Shown piece after piece: positions 38,913 to 48,939 of a stretch of 64,000 nucleotides of DNA; the first letter of the stretch is position 1, and each line of letters starts with the position of its first letter. Location: assembly GCA_001898385.1 (NCBI GenBank), contig MKTT01000061.1:22856-86855 (forward strand). The letters are read 5' to 3'. Below the pieces are notes generated by a model that ran no database searches, had not been told where the DNA came from, and saw only the letters and a program-made list of their open reading frames with translations. The stretch is from Planctomycetales bacterium 71-10. Its GTDB lineage: Bacteria; Planctomycetota; Planctomycetia; Isosphaerales; Isosphaeraceae. The translations under genes and the position numbers were made by a program.

Positions 38913-39821
38913 ATGGGTCGGTTCGAATCACTCGCCCCTCGCTCCGGCGAGGACGCCCAGCACGCGGCGCGGGTCGCCCTGCGAGGCGTCGGCCAGATCA
39001 TGTTCCAGGGGCACGCCGGGACCGGCCTGTTCTTCCTGGCGGGGATCGCCCTGGCGTCGCCGGCGATGCTTGCGGGGGCGATCCTGGGCGCGGCGATCGG
39101 CCCGCTCGTCGCCCGCCTCGCCGGCTTCGATCGGGACGGGCTGGAGCAGGGGCTCTACGGGTTCAACTCGACGCTCGTCGGGCTGGCGACGCCGGTCTTC
39201 CTGAAGCCCTCGCACCCGCTGACCTGGCTCCTGGCCGCGGCCGGCTGCGCGGCGGCGACGTTCCTGACGCGGCTGGCGGGGCGATATCTCAAGTTCCCGG
39301 CCTACACCGCGCCGTTCGTCGTGACGACGTGGCTGGTGCTCCTGTCGGCCCACGGGCTGATGGGGCATGCCATCGACGCCCCCGCGCCGCCGACGGTCAT
39401 CGAGGAGGGCGGGTTCCTCTCGGCCGTGCTGCGCGGCGAGGCCGAGGTGATGCTGGGGGCGAACGCGCTGACGGGCGTGCTGTTCCTGGCCGGCATCGCG
39501 ATCAGCAACCCCTGGCACGCGGCGATGGCGCTGATGGGCTCGCTGGTGGGGACGGCCGTGGCCGTCTACCACGGCGACCCGGACGCGCCGGTGTCGGTGG
39601 GCCTGTACGGGTACAACGCCTCGCTCGCCGCGATGGCCCTGTTCCTGCCGCGGCCGTCGCTGACGCTCCCGCTGCTGGCGGCCGTGGCCTCGACCCCGCT
39701 GACGGAATTCTTCCCCAAGTCCCTGGGGATCCCGGCCCTGACCGCCCCGTTCGTGGTCGCGGCCTGGCTGGTGCTGCTCGCGACCTGGGCCGAGCGGCGG
39801 CTGTTCGGGACGCGAGACTGA
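38913..39821 (+). CDS. Urea transporter (UT/Yut family)
   Basis: [39 protein letters not shown] duplicated UT signature; about 10 TM; start could be 38862. Confidence 0.9.
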   Translation: MGRFESLAPRSGEDAQHAARVALRGVGQIMFQGHAGTGLFFLAGIALASPAMLAGAILGAAIGPLVARLAGFDRDGLEQGLYGFNSTLVGLATPVFLKPSHPLTWLLAAAGCAAATFLTRLAGRYLKFPAYTAPFVVTTWLVLLSAHGLMGHAIDAPAPPTVIEEGGFLSAVLRGEAEVMLGANALTGVLFLAGIAISNPWHAAMALMGSLVGTAVAVYHGDPDAPVSVGLYGYNASLAAMALFLPRPSLTLPLLAAVASTPLTEFFPKSLGIPALTAPFVVAAWLVLLATWAERRLFGTRD

Positions 39822-39856
39822 CCCCCCCGGGAAACGCCTGGATTCGGAGACGGCCC

Positions 39857-40159
39857 ATGCACCTGACCCCCCGCGAGATCGAGAAGCTGATGATCCATCA
39901 GCTCGCCGACGTCGCCCACCGGCGCAAGGCGAAAGGCCTGAAGCTCAACCACCCGGAGTCCATGGCCGTCATCTGCGCCGCGGCCCTGGAGGGCGCCCGC
40001 GAGGGGAAGACGGTCGAGGAGGTCATGAAGGAGGCCGCGACCGTCCTGACCCGCGCGGACGTGATGGATGGGGTCGCCGACATGATCCCGTTCGTCCAGC
40101 TCGAGGCGATCTTCACCGACGGCAGCCGCCTCGTCACCGTCCACGACCCGATCAAGTGA
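39857..40159 (+). CDS. ureA: Urease subunit gamma
   Basis: [11 protein letters not shown]...LKLNHPE...EGAREG...LVTVHDPI (100 aa). Confidence 0.96.
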   Translation: MHLTPREIEKLMIHQLADVAHRRKAKGLKLNHPESMAVICAAALEGAREGKTVEEVMKEAATVLTRADVMDGVADMIPFVQLEAIFTDGSRLVTVHDPIK

Positions 40160-40187
40160 CCCCCCACCGCGAGACCGGAGGCGAACC

Positions 40188-40679
40188 ATGGCCGAGCCCG
40201 AGAAGCAGCCGGATGAGCCCGGCGTCGGCGACTGGAAGGAGGGGCATCCCGACGCCCCGCCGCACGTCAGCGCCAGCGCCAAGAAGGTCCCCGTCGGCGG
40301 CGTAGTCCTCGCGCCGGGCGAGATCGAGCTCAACGCCGGACGCCCGACGACGACCCTGAAGGTCCGGAACACCGGCGACCGCCCCATCCAGGTCGGCTCG
40401 CACTTCCACTTCTTCGAGGTCAACCGCTACCTGGAGTTCGACCGCGAGGCGGCGTTCGGCCGGCGGCTCGACATCCCGGCCACGACGGCCATCCGGTTCG
40501 AGCCGGGGGATGAGAAGGAAGTGACGCTCGTCCCGATGGGGGGCAAGCAGTTCTGCTTCGGGTTCAACAACCTCGTCGACGGTTGGACCGGCGACGGCCC
40601 GACGCCCGACTACCGGCCGAACCGCGAGGCGGCCGTCCGGCGGGCGAAGGATAGGGGCTACAAGTCGAGCGGGTCCTGA
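40188..40679 (+). CDS. ureB: Urease subunit beta
   Basis: [34 protein letters not shown]. Confidence 0.96.
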   Translation: MAEPEKQPDEPGVGDWKEGHPDAPPHVSASAKKVPVGGVVLAPGEIELNAGRPTTTLKVRNTGDRPIQVGSHFHFFEVNRYLEFDREAAFGRRLDIPATTAIRFEPGDEKEVTLVPMGGKQFCFGFNNLVDGWTGDGPTPDYRPNREAAVRRAKDRGYKSSGS

Positions 40680-40698
40680 CGAGGGGGGTGGTAAGGCC

Positions 40699-42417
40699 AT
40701 GTCGAAGATCTCGCGCAAGCAATACGCGGACCTGTTCGGCCCGACCGTCGGCGACAAGGTCCGCCTGGGCGACACCGACCTGTACGTCGAGATCGAGCGC
40801 GACCTGCGCGTCTACGGCGACGAGCTGGTGTGCGGCGGCGGCAAGACGCTCCGGGACGGGATGGGCTCGGACAACAACCTGACCCAGGAGGCCGGCTGCC
40901 TCGACCTGGTGATCACCAACGTCACGATCCTCGACCCGCTCCTGGGCGTCCTGAAGGCCGACGTCGGCATCCGCAACGGTCGGATCGTCGGCGTCGGCAA
41001 GGCGGGCAACCCCAGCACGATGGACGGCGTGACGCCCGGCCTGACGACCGGCACCGCGACCGACGCCATCACGGGCGAGCACCTGATCCTGACCGCGGCC
41101 GGGATGGACACCCACGTCCACTACATCTGCCCGCAGCAGGCGTGGGACGCCCTCTCCAACGGGGTCACGACCCTCTGGGGCGGCGGCATCGGGCCCACCG
41201 ACGGGACCAACGGCGTCACCTCCACCAACGGCCCCTGGAACCTGGAGATGATGCTCCGGTCCGTCGAGGGCCTGCCGCTCAACTTCGGCTTCCAGGGGAA
41301 GGGGAACGCCAGCGCGCCCGGCCCGCTCGTCGAGCAGCTCCGCGCCGGCGCCGCCGGGTTCAAGATCCACGAGGACTACGGCACCACGCCGGCCGCGATC
41401 CGGTCGTGCCTCTCCATCGCCGACGAATACGACGTGAGCGTCGCCGTCCACACGGATACGCTCAACGAGTCCGGCTTCGTGGAGGACTCGATCGCCGCGT
41501 TCGACGGCCGCACCGTCCACACCTACCACTCCGAGGGCGCCGGCGGCGGCCACGCGCCCGACCTGCTGAAGGTGGTCGGCCAGCCCAACATCCTCCCCAG
41601 CTCGACCAACCCGACGCTCCCCTGCGGCGTCAACTCGGTGGCCGAGCTGTTCGACATGATCATGGTCTGCCACAACCTCAACCCCCGGATCCCCTCCGAC
41701 GTCGCCTTCGCCGAGAGCCGCGTCCGGGCCGAGACCATCGTGGCCGAGAGCGTCCTGCACGACATGGGCGCCATCTCCATGATCGGCAGCGACTCGCAGG
41801 CCATGGGGCGCATCGGCGAGAACTTCCTCCGCGCCGTCCAGACGGCCGACGCCATGAAGAAGGCCCGCGGCCAGCTCCCCGAGGACGCCCCCGGCAACGA
41901 CAACTTCCGCGTCCTCCGCTACCTGGCCAAGGTGACGCTCAACCCGTGCATCACCGCCGGCATCTCCGAGCACCTGGGCTCGATCGCCCCGGGCAAGATG
42001 GCCGACCTGGTCCTCTGGGAGCCCGCCTTCTTCGGCGCCAAGCCCAAGATGGTCCTCAAGGGGGGCTTCGTCGTCTGGGCCAACATGGGCGACCCCAACG
42101 CGTCGCTCCCCACGCCCCAGCCGATGTACTACCGGCCCATGTTCGGCGCCTTCGGCTCGGCGCTGGCCAAGACCTGCACGACCTTCGTCTCCCGCGCGGC
42201 ATACGATTTGAACGTCAAGGAGAAGTACGGCCTCCAGCGGTCCGTCGAGCCGGTCTCGCAGACGCGGGTCCTGACCAAGCACCACATGGTCCGCAACGGC
42301 CTGGTGCCGAAGATCGACGTCGACCCCCAGACCTTCGCCGTGAAGGTCGACGGCGTCCACGCGACGGTCACGCCGCCGAAGTCGATCTCGCTCAACCAGC
42401 TCTACTTCTTCTGCTGA
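40699..42417 (+). CDS. ureC: Urease subunit alpha
   Basis: Ni ligands intact: [36 protein letters not shown]; flap MVCHNL. Confidence 0.98.
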   Translation: MSKISRKQYADLFGPTVGDKVRLGDTDLYVEIERDLRVYGDELVCGGGKTLRDGMGSDNNLTQEAGCLDLVITNVTILDPLLGVLKADVGIRNGRIVGVGKAGNPSTMDGVTPGLTTGTATDAITGEHLILTAAGMDTHVHYICPQQAWDALSNGVTTLWGGGIGPTDGTNGVTSTNGPWNLEMMLRSVEGLPLNFGFQGKGNASAPGPLVEQLRAGAAGFKIHEDYGTTPAAIRSCLSIADEYDVSVAVHTDTLNESGFVEDSIAAFDGRTVHTYHSEGAGGGHAPDLLKVVGQPNILPSSTNPTLPCGVNSVAELFDMIMVCHNLNPRIPSDVAFAESRVRAETIVAESVLHDMGAISMIGSDSQAMGRIGENFLRAVQTADAMKKARGQLPEDAPGNDNFRVLRYLAKVTLNPCITAGISEHLGSIAPGKMADLVLWEPAFFGAKPKMVLKGGFVVWANMGDPNASLPTPQPMYYRPMFGAFGSALAKTCTTFVSRAAYDLNVKEKYGLQRSVEPVSQTRVLTKHHMVRNGLVPKIDVDPQTFAVKVDGVHATVTPPKSISLNQLYFFC

Positions 42418-42442
42418 TCCCGCGAGGGCGGCGGGGGGGACC

Positions 42443-43006
42443 ATGATCCTCATCGAACGACCGCTGGGCAACGCCGACGATCCGGCGTGGGCCCAGCTCC
42501 TGGAGGGGGCCGTCGTCGACCCCCTCGACCTCGACCAGTGGCAGGCCCAGAAGAACCGGTTCCGCCTCAAGACGGAGTCCGGCGTCGAGGTGGCCGTCGC
42601 GCTGGAGCGGAACACCCGCCTCCGCGACGGCGACGTCCTCGCCTGGGACGAGCCCAACCTGACGGCGATCGTCGCGCGCGTCAGCCTGAAGGAGGTCATG
42701 GTCCTGCGCCTCGACGGCCTGCTCGGCAGGCCGCCGGAGGAGCTGGCCCGGACCTGCGTGGAGCTGGGCCACGCGCTGGGGAACCAGCACTGGCCGGCCG
42801 TCTTCAAGGGGGGGGCCGTGTACGTCCCGCTGACGGTCGACCGCAAGGTGATGGCCTCGGTCATGAAGACCCACGCCTTCGAGGGGATCTCCTGCGAGTT
42901 CATCCCCGGCTCCGAGGCGATCCCGTACCTGGCCCCTCACGAGGCCCGCCGGCTGTTCGGCGGCGCCGGCGCGACGCCCCACTCGCACACGCCGCCGTCG
43001 CCATGA
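42443..43006 (+). CDS. ureE: Urease accessory protein UreE
   Basis: LRDGDVL, GHALGNQHWP; follows ureC; no long His tail. Confidence 0.9.
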   Translation: MILIERPLGNADDPAWAQLLEGAVVDPLDLDQWQAQKNRFRLKTESGVEVAVALERNTRLRDGDVLAWDEPNLTAIVARVSLKEVMVLRLDGLLGRPPEELARTCVELGHALGNQHWPAVFKGGAVYVPLTVDRKVMASVMKTHAFEGISCEFIPGSEAIPYLAPHEARRLFGGAGATPHSHTPPSP

Positions 43007-43046
43007 GCCGCCGGACCGGCCCCGCACCCCAGCCCCCGGAGGACGC

Positions 43047-43736
43047 TTGGCGACGATCGCGGAACTGATGCGCGTCCTCCAGTTCGGCGACTCGCTGCTG
43101 CCGATCGGGGCCTTCTCGTTCTCGAACGGCCTGGAGACGGCCGTGCAGCTCGGCGTCGTGCGCGACGTGGGGACGCTGCGCGCGTTCGTCCGCTCGGCCG
43201 TCGACCAGGCGGCGACCTCCGACGGCCTGGCCGTCCTCGCGGCCCACCGCGCCGCCGCGGCCGGCGACGCCGACGGGGTCGACCGCGCCGACCGGGCCGT
43301 CTTCGACCGCAAGCTGAACGAGGAGATGCGGACCATGACCGTCCGCATGGGCCGCAAGCTCGCCGAGATGGCCGGGCGCGTCCTGGGCCGGTCGGCCGCG
43401 GCCGATTGGCTGGGCCGGATCAAGGCCGGCGCGACGCCGGGATGCCTCCCCGTGGGGCAGGCCCTCGTCTTCGCCGACCTCGGCCTGTCGGAGCGCGACG
43501 CCTTCGCCGTCCACCAGTACGGCGTGGCCACGATGATGGTCAACGCCTCGCTCCGGCTGATGAAGGTGCACTACCTGGATGCGCAGGCGATCCTGTTCGA
43601 GGTCAACGAGCTCGCCGGGGCCGCCTACGACCGCGCCGCGGGCCTCGGCCTGGGCGACATGGCCGCCTTCGCGCCCGAGTTCGACGTCCTGGCGTCGCTG
43701 CACGTCCGGGCGCACGTCCGCATGTTCATGAATTGA
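43047..43736 (+). CDS. ureF: Urease accessory protein UreF
   Basis: QFGDSLLPIGAFSFSNGLE, C-terminal HVRMFMN; TTG start after GGAGG. Confidence 0.92.
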   Translation: MATIAELMRVLQFGDSLLPIGAFSFSNGLETAVQLGVVRDVGTLRAFVRSAVDQAATSDGLAVLAAHRAAAAGDADGVDRADRAVFDRKLNEEMRTMTVRMGRKLAEMAGRVLGRSAAADWLGRIKAGATPGCLPVGQALVFADLGLSERDAFAVHQYGVATMMVNASLRLMKVHYLDAQAILFEVNELAGAAYDRAAGLGLGDMAAFAPEFDVLASLHVRAHVRMFMN

Positions 43737-43745
43737 GGTTCGATC

Positions 43746-44384
43746 ATGGCCAGGAACATCACGCGGATCGGCGTCGGCGGCCCGGTCGGGTCGGGGAAGA
43801 CGGCGATCATCGAGGCGATCACGCCCAAGCTCCTCGACCTCGGCGCCCGGGTGCTCATCATCACCAACGACGTCGTCACGACCGAGGACGCCAAGCAGGT
43901 CCGCCGGACGCTCAAGGGGATCCTGGTCGAGGAGCGGATCATCGGCGTCGAGACCGGCGCCTGCCCGCACACGGCCGTCCGCGAGGACCCCAGCATGAAC
44001 CTCGCCGCCGTCGAGGACATGGAGGCCCGCTTCCCCGACACCGACGTCGTCCTGATCGAGAGCGGCGGCGACAACCTCACGCTCACCTTCAGCCCGGCGC
44101 TGGTGGACTTCTTCATCTACGTCATCGACGTCGCCGCCGGCGACAAGATCCCGCGCAAGAACGGCCCGGGGATCTGCCAGTCGGACATCCTGGTGATCAA
44201 CAAGACCGACCTGGCCCCCTACGTCGGCGCCAGCCTGGAGGTCATGGACCGCGACTCCAGGCTGATGCGCGGGGAGAAGCCCTTCGTCTTCACCAACTGC
44301 AAGACCGGCGAGGGGATCGACCGCCTCATCGACGTGATCCGCGAGAACGTCCTGTTCGACCTGGCGACGAAGGATACCGCGTGA
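43746..44384 (+). CDS. ureG: Urease accessory GTPase UreG
   Basis: [32 protein letters not shown]. Confidence 0.96.
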   Translation: MARNITRIGVGGPVGSGKTAIIEAITPKLLDLGARVLIITNDVVTTEDAKQVRRTLKGILVEERIIGVETGACPHTAVREDPSMNLAAVEDMEARFPDTDVVLIESGGDNLTLTFSPALVDFFIYVIDVAAGDKIPRKNGPGICQSDILVINKTDLAPYVGASLEVMDRDSRLMRGEKPFVFTNCKTGEGIDRLIDVIRENVLFDLATKDTA

Positions 44385-45295
44385 GCCCCGCATCGACGCC
44401 CCACGAGCTGCTCCCGTACCTCGACGAGCCGCCGCAACTCCCCGTCGGGTCGTTCGGCAAGGATGCTCACCTGCGCCTGCGCTTCGAGCCCCGCGGCGAG
44501 CGCTCCATCCTGGCGGTGATGGAGCGTCGCGCGCCGCTGCTGGTGCAGAAGGCCCTGTACTGCGACGAGGGGATGCCCGGCCTGCCGGTCGTCTTCATCA
44601 TCACGAACTCCGGCGGCGTCCTCCAGGGCGATCGCTACACGATGGACTTCGCCGTCGCCGCCGGGGCCTGCGGCCACGTCACCACCCAGGCCGCGACCAA
44701 GATCCACGAGATGGACGCCAACCACGCCGTCCAGACGCAGGAGATCACGCTGGAGGACGGCGCGTACCTGGAATACCTCCCCGAGCCCGTCATCCCCTTC
44801 GCCCGTTCGCGATTCCTCACGCGGACGAGGGTCCGCATCGCGCCGACGGCCACGCTCCTCTATGCGGAGACGCTGATGGGGGGGCGGAAGTATTATCGCG
44901 ACGGCGAGCTGTTCCGGTTCGACCTCTTCTCGTCGACCGTGGCCGGCGAGCGGCCCGACGGGTCGAGCCTGTTCGTCGAGAAGTTCGTGATCGAGCCGGA
45001 CCGCTCCCCCGTCCCTCGTCCGGGCGTGATGGGGGATTTCGACGTCTTCGGCAACGTCCTGCTGCTGACGCCGCCGGCCGTCGCCGACGCCGTCGCGGAG
45101 CGGGCGGCCTCGGCGTGGAATCGCGAGGAAGGCTGGGCCGCGGGCGTCGGACGGCTGCCGAACGGGGCGGGGCTGGTCTACAAGATCATCGCCCGCGAGA
45201 CCAGCGTCGTCCGCGCGAAGATCCGCGACTTCTGGTCGATCGTCCGCCCCGAGGTCGTCGGCCTCCCGGTGCCGCCGGAATACCCCTGGCGCTGA
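44381..45295 (+). CDS. ureD: Urease accessory protein UreD
   Basis: GTGA overlap with ureG; [26 protein letters not shown]. Confidence 0.92.
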   Translation: MSPASTPHELLPYLDEPPQLPVGSFGKDAHLRLRFEPRGERSILAVMERRAPLLVQKALYCDEGMPGLPVVFIITNSGGVLQGDRYTMDFAVAAGACGHVTTQAATKIHEMDANHAVQTQEITLEDGAYLEYLPEPVIPFARSRFLTRTRVRIAPTATLLYAETLMGGRKYYRDGELFRFDLFSSTVAGERPDGSSLFVEKFVIEPDRSPVPRPGVMGDFDVFGNVLLLTPPAVADAVAERAASAWNREEGWAAGVGRLPNGAGLVYKIIARETSVVRAKIRDFWSIVRPEVVGLPVPPEYPWR

Positions 45296-45347
45296 GGGCG
45301 AGGCGGCCGTCTTCCGCATCCTTGCGCCCGATGTGTGGGAGGTTCGC

Positions 45348-46523
45348 ATGGCCGACTTGCCGAGGCGGGAATTCCTGGGCGGTGCCGGCGTGGCCGCGGC
45401 CGTCGCGGCGATGGCCGCCTCGAAGGAGGCCGCGGCGGGCGACCCCAGCTTCCTGAACAACGTCCCCGACGACGTCCTCGCCGGTCGCGAGCTGCCGACG
45501 TTCAAGTTCGAGCTAGAGAAGTCCCAGGGCAAGGTGATCGGCGGCAGCTACGGCAAGGAGGCGACGGTCGAGCAACTGCCGATCTCCAAGGGGATCGCCG
45601 GCGTCTCGATGAAGCTGGAGCCGGGCGCGATGCGCGAGCTGCACTGGCACGCCACGGCCGCCGAATGGGCCTTCGTCATCGGGGGCCGCGTCCGCACGAC
45701 CGTCATCGACCCGGAGGGGGGGGCCGAGACGAACGACTTCAACCCCGGCGACGTCTGGTACTTCCCGCGCGGGCACGGCCACGTCCTCGAATGCCTGGGC
45801 GACGAGCCCACGCACTTCATCCTCATCTTCGACAACGGCTACTTCTCCGAGTTCGGCACGTTCAGCATCAGCGACTGGATCGGCCACGCGCCCAGGGCCC
45901 TCCTCGCCAAGAACTTCGGCCTGCCCGAATCCGCCTTCGACGGCTTCCCGAAGGAGGAGGTCTACTTCGCCCGCGGCGCGAAGCCGCCCGAGCCCCCGCG
46001 GGCTCCGCTCCAGGGCTGGAAGGCCCCGGCGCTCACGCACAGGTACGAGTTGCTCAAGCGCCCGCCCCACCGGACGTTCAAGGGCGGTCGCGAGTGGCGG
46101 GTGGATTCGACGACGTTCCCGATCTCGAAGACCGTGGCGGGCGTCGTGCTCGACCTGGAGCCGGGGGCCCTGCGCGAGCTGCACTGGCACCCGACGGCCG
46201 ACGAGTGGCAGTACGTCATTGAGGGGGACGTCTCGGTCACGATGTTCGGCTCGCACGGCCGCTTCCGCACCGAGACGCTTTCCAAGGGGGACGTCGGCTA
46301 CATCCCCCAGGGGTACGGGCACTCGATCGAGAACGTGGGGGAGAGGCCGGCCCGCGTCCTCATCGGCTTCAACACGGGAGTCTACGCGACCATCGACCTC
46401 TCGCAGTGGATCGCCGGCAACCCGGCCGACGTCCTGGCGACGAACTTCGGCAAGCCGGCCGAGCTGTTCGAGAAGTTCCCGCGCAAGGACGTGTTCATCG
46501 CCCCGCCGCCGGAGGGCGACTGA
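45348..46523 (+). CDS. oxdC: Tat-exported oxalate decarboxylase family bicupin
   Basis: PRREFLG Tat leader; two RELHWH...EW cupin Mn sites; lid SEFGT keeps the Glu. Confidence 0.85.
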   Translation: MADLPRREFLGGAGVAAAVAAMAASKEAAAGDPSFLNNVPDDVLAGRELPTFKFELEKSQGKVIGGSYGKEATVEQLPISKGIAGVSMKLEPGAMRELHWHATAAEWAFVIGGRVRTTVIDPEGGAETNDFNPGDVWYFPRGHGHVLECLGDEPTHFILIFDNGYFSEFGTFSISDWIGHAPRALLAKNFGLPESAFDGFPKEEVYFARGAKPPEPPRAPLQGWKAPALTHRYELLKRPPHRTFKGGREWRVDSTTFPISKTVAGVVLDLEPGALRELHWHPTADEWQYVIEGDVSVTMFGSHGRFRTETLSKGDVGYIPQGYGHSIENVGERPARVLIGFNTGVYATIDLSQWIAGNPADVLATNFGKPAELFEKFPRKDVFIAPPPEGD

Positions 46524-46548
46524 GCGACGGGCGGCCCGCGGCCCTCGT

Positions 46549-47316
46549 TCAGAGGGTCGCGAGGTAGCCGCCGTCCACCGGCAGGGCGACGCCGGTGATG
46601 TAGTCGCTGGCCGGGCTGGCGAGGAAGACCGCCGCGCCGGCCATGTCGGCGGGCTTGGCCCAGCGGCCCTTGGCGATGCGCGACAGCACGCGCTCGTGCA
46701 GGCCGGGGACCTGCTGACGGGCGGCGATGGTCATCTCGGTGTCGAACCAGCCGGGGAGGATGGCGTTCACCTGGATGTCGTCGGCCGCCCAGGCCAGCGC
46801 CAGGCTCTTGGTGAGCTGGACGATGGCACCCTTGGAGGTCGCGTAGGCCGCGGCGAACGACGAGCCCAGGACCGACGTCATGCTGCCGGTGTTGACGATC
46901 TTCCCGCCCCCCTGGCGCTTCATCCAGGGGTAGACGGCCTGCGACGCCAGGAACGCCGAGGTGACGTTGGCGTTCATGACCTCGTTCCACTCCTCCAGCG
47001 TGAAGTCCTGCGGGGCGCGCCGGATGTTGATGCCGGCGTTGTTGAACAGGGCGTCGATCCGGCCGAAGCGCCCGCCGGCCTCGGCGACGGCCCGCTCGAC
47101 GTCCTCGGGCTTGCAGAGGTCGGCGACGACGGCCAGGGCCTTGGAGCCGGTCTTCTCCTCGATCTCGGCGGCGGCGCGGCGGGTCTTCTCGGCGTCGCGG
47201 CCCACCACGGCGACCGACGCGCCGGCCTCCGCCAGCCCCAGGGCCATCCCCAGGCCGATGCCGCCGTTGCCCCCGGTGACGATCGCGGTCTTTCCCGACA
47301 GGTCGAACAGGCTCAA
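46549..47316 (-). CDS. SDR oxidoreductase (KduD/gluconate 5-dehydrogenase-like)
   Basis: TGGNGGIG, NNAG, YATSK, NAILPG; TTG start after GGGAG. Confidence 0.9.
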   Translation of the reverse strand: MSLFDLSGKTAIVTGGNGGIGLGMALGLAEAGASVAVVGRDAEKTRRAAAEIEEKTGSKALAVVADLCKPEDVERAVAEAGGRFGRIDALFNNAGINIRRAPQDFTLEEWNEVMNANVTSAFLASQAVYPWMKRQGGGKIVNTGSMTSVLGSSFAAAYATSKGAIVQLTKSLALAWAADDIQVNAILPGWFDTEMTIAARQQVPGLHERVLSRIAKGRWAKPADMAGAAVFLASPASDYITGVALPVDGGYLATL

Positions 47317-47488
47317 GGAACCGCTCCCTTTCCCGGCCGGTTCGGGGGCTCGTCGTCGAGGCCCGCCGGCCGCCGCGTCTTGCCGCCGCGGCGCGAAGGT
47401 TGGATCATGGAGGCGGGGCCCCGGCTGGTCCGGTCCCCCTCGCTGTTAGGCTATACCACGCCCTCGCCGCGGGCAAGCGGGGCGGCGG

Positions 47489-47775
47489 CCGGGTGTGCCT
47501 TCGGAATTTGGCGGATCGCGTCGGGGGTTGAAGGGACATCATGACGGCCTTCCCCCCTGGCGGGGGAAGGTGGCCCGAAGGGCCGGATGAGGGGGAAGAC
47601 GAGCGAGGAGGCCGCCGGATCTCGCGCCGGCCCGGACGGGCGGGCCTTCGAATCCCGACGGTGCCCGTGCTTCGCGTCCCCCTCATCTGACCGCTTCGCG
47701 GTCTGTCTTCCCCCGCGAGGGGGGAAGACGTCCATGAACCCGCGACCTTCCGCCGAATTCCGAAGGCACACCCGG
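47489..47775. repeat. ~180-bp REPIN-like element copy 2 (47548-47729) nested in an outer 27-bp inverted repeat
   Basis: Inner arms as in copy 1; outer IR 47489-47515 vs 47749-47775, 26/27 identical. Confidence 0.85.
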
Positions 47776-47817
47776 ACGCCGACCCCTAGCGCCGCGGCGT
47801 CACGGAGCCACGCGCCG

Positions 47818-48933
47818 ATGCCCGACCCCCGCTGGGAGACCCTGGCCGACATCCTCATCGACCACTCCGTCCGCCTCCAGGCCGGCGAGACCCTCCTCGT
47901 CGAGTGCTTCGACCTGGCCGATTCCACCCTCCCTCGCCTGCTGGTCGAGAAGGCCGCGGCGCGGGGCGGGATCGCCCTGGTGGAGACGCGCGACGCCCGC
48001 ATCGTCCGCGAGTTGGTCCTGCGCGGATCGCCCGAGGCCGTCGAGAAATGGGGGCGGATCGACCGCGCCCGGATGGACCAGGTCCAGGCTTACATCGGCC
48101 TGCGCGGGGCCTGGAACATCAGCGAGATGAGCGACGTCCCGCCCGAGAAGCTGGACGCCTACAACGCCCTCTATCAGAAGCCCGTCCACTTCGAGCGCCG
48201 GGTGACGCACACCAAATGGTGCGTCCTCCGCCTGCCGAACTCCAGCATGGCCCAGCAGGCCGGCATGAGCACCGGCGCGTTCGAGGACTTCTACTTCGAC
48301 GTCTGCACGCTCGACTACGCGAAGATGGCGAAGGACCAGGCCCCGCTCGTCGCCCGCATGGACGCCGCCCGCGAGGTCCGCATCACCGGCCCGGAGACGG
48401 ACCTGACCTTCTCCATCGCCGGCATCCCGGTCGTCCCCTGCTTCGGCACGATGAACATCCCCGACGGCGAGGTCTTCACCGCCCCGGTGCGCGACTCGAT
48501 CGACGGCCACATCCGGTTCAACACCCCGACCATCTACCAGGGGGCCTCGTTCGACGGCGTCCGGCTGGAATTCCGCGCGGGGAAGGTCGTGAAGGCCGAC
48601 TGCGCCGGCGGCGACGCCGAGAAGCTGCGGCGCATCTTCGACGCCGACGAGGGCGCCCGCTACACGGGCGAATGGTCCATCGGCTGCAACCCGAAGATCC
48701 TCTCGCCGATGCGCGACATCCTGTTCGACGAGAAGATCGCCGGCAGCTTCCACCTCACGCCCGGCAACGCCTACGACGAGGCCGACAACGGCAACCGCTC
48801 GAAGATCCACTGGGACCTCGTGCAGATCCAGCGCCCGGAGTACGGCGGCGGCGTCATCGCGTTCGACGGAGCGCCGATCCGCGTGGACGGCAAGTTCGTC
48901 GTCGACGACCTGAAGCCGCTGGACGCGAGCTGA
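47818..48933 (+). CDS. M29 family aminopeptidase (AmpS/AmpT-like)
   Basis: NIPDGEVFTAP, GEWSIG, LFDEKIAGSFHLTPG, IHWDLV; ATG at 47818. Confidence 0.92.
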   Translation: MPDPRWETLADILIDHSVRLQAGETLLVECFDLADSTLPRLLVEKAAARGGIALVETRDARIVRELVLRGSPEAVEKWGRIDRARMDQVQAYIGLRGAWNISEMSDVPPEKLDAYNALYQKPVHFERRVTHTKWCVLRLPNSSMAQQAGMSTGAFEDFYFDVCTLDYAKMAKDQAPLVARMDAAREVRITGPETDLTFSIAGIPVVPCFGTMNIPDGEVFTAPVRDSIDGHIRFNTPTIYQGASFDGVRLEFRAGKVVKADCAGGDAEKLRRIFDADEGARYTGEWSIGCNPKILSPMRDILFDEKIAGSFHLTPGNAYDEADNGNRSKIHWDLVQIQRPEYGGGVIAFDGAPIRVDGKFVVDDLKPLDAS

Positions 48934-48939
48934 CGGGCG

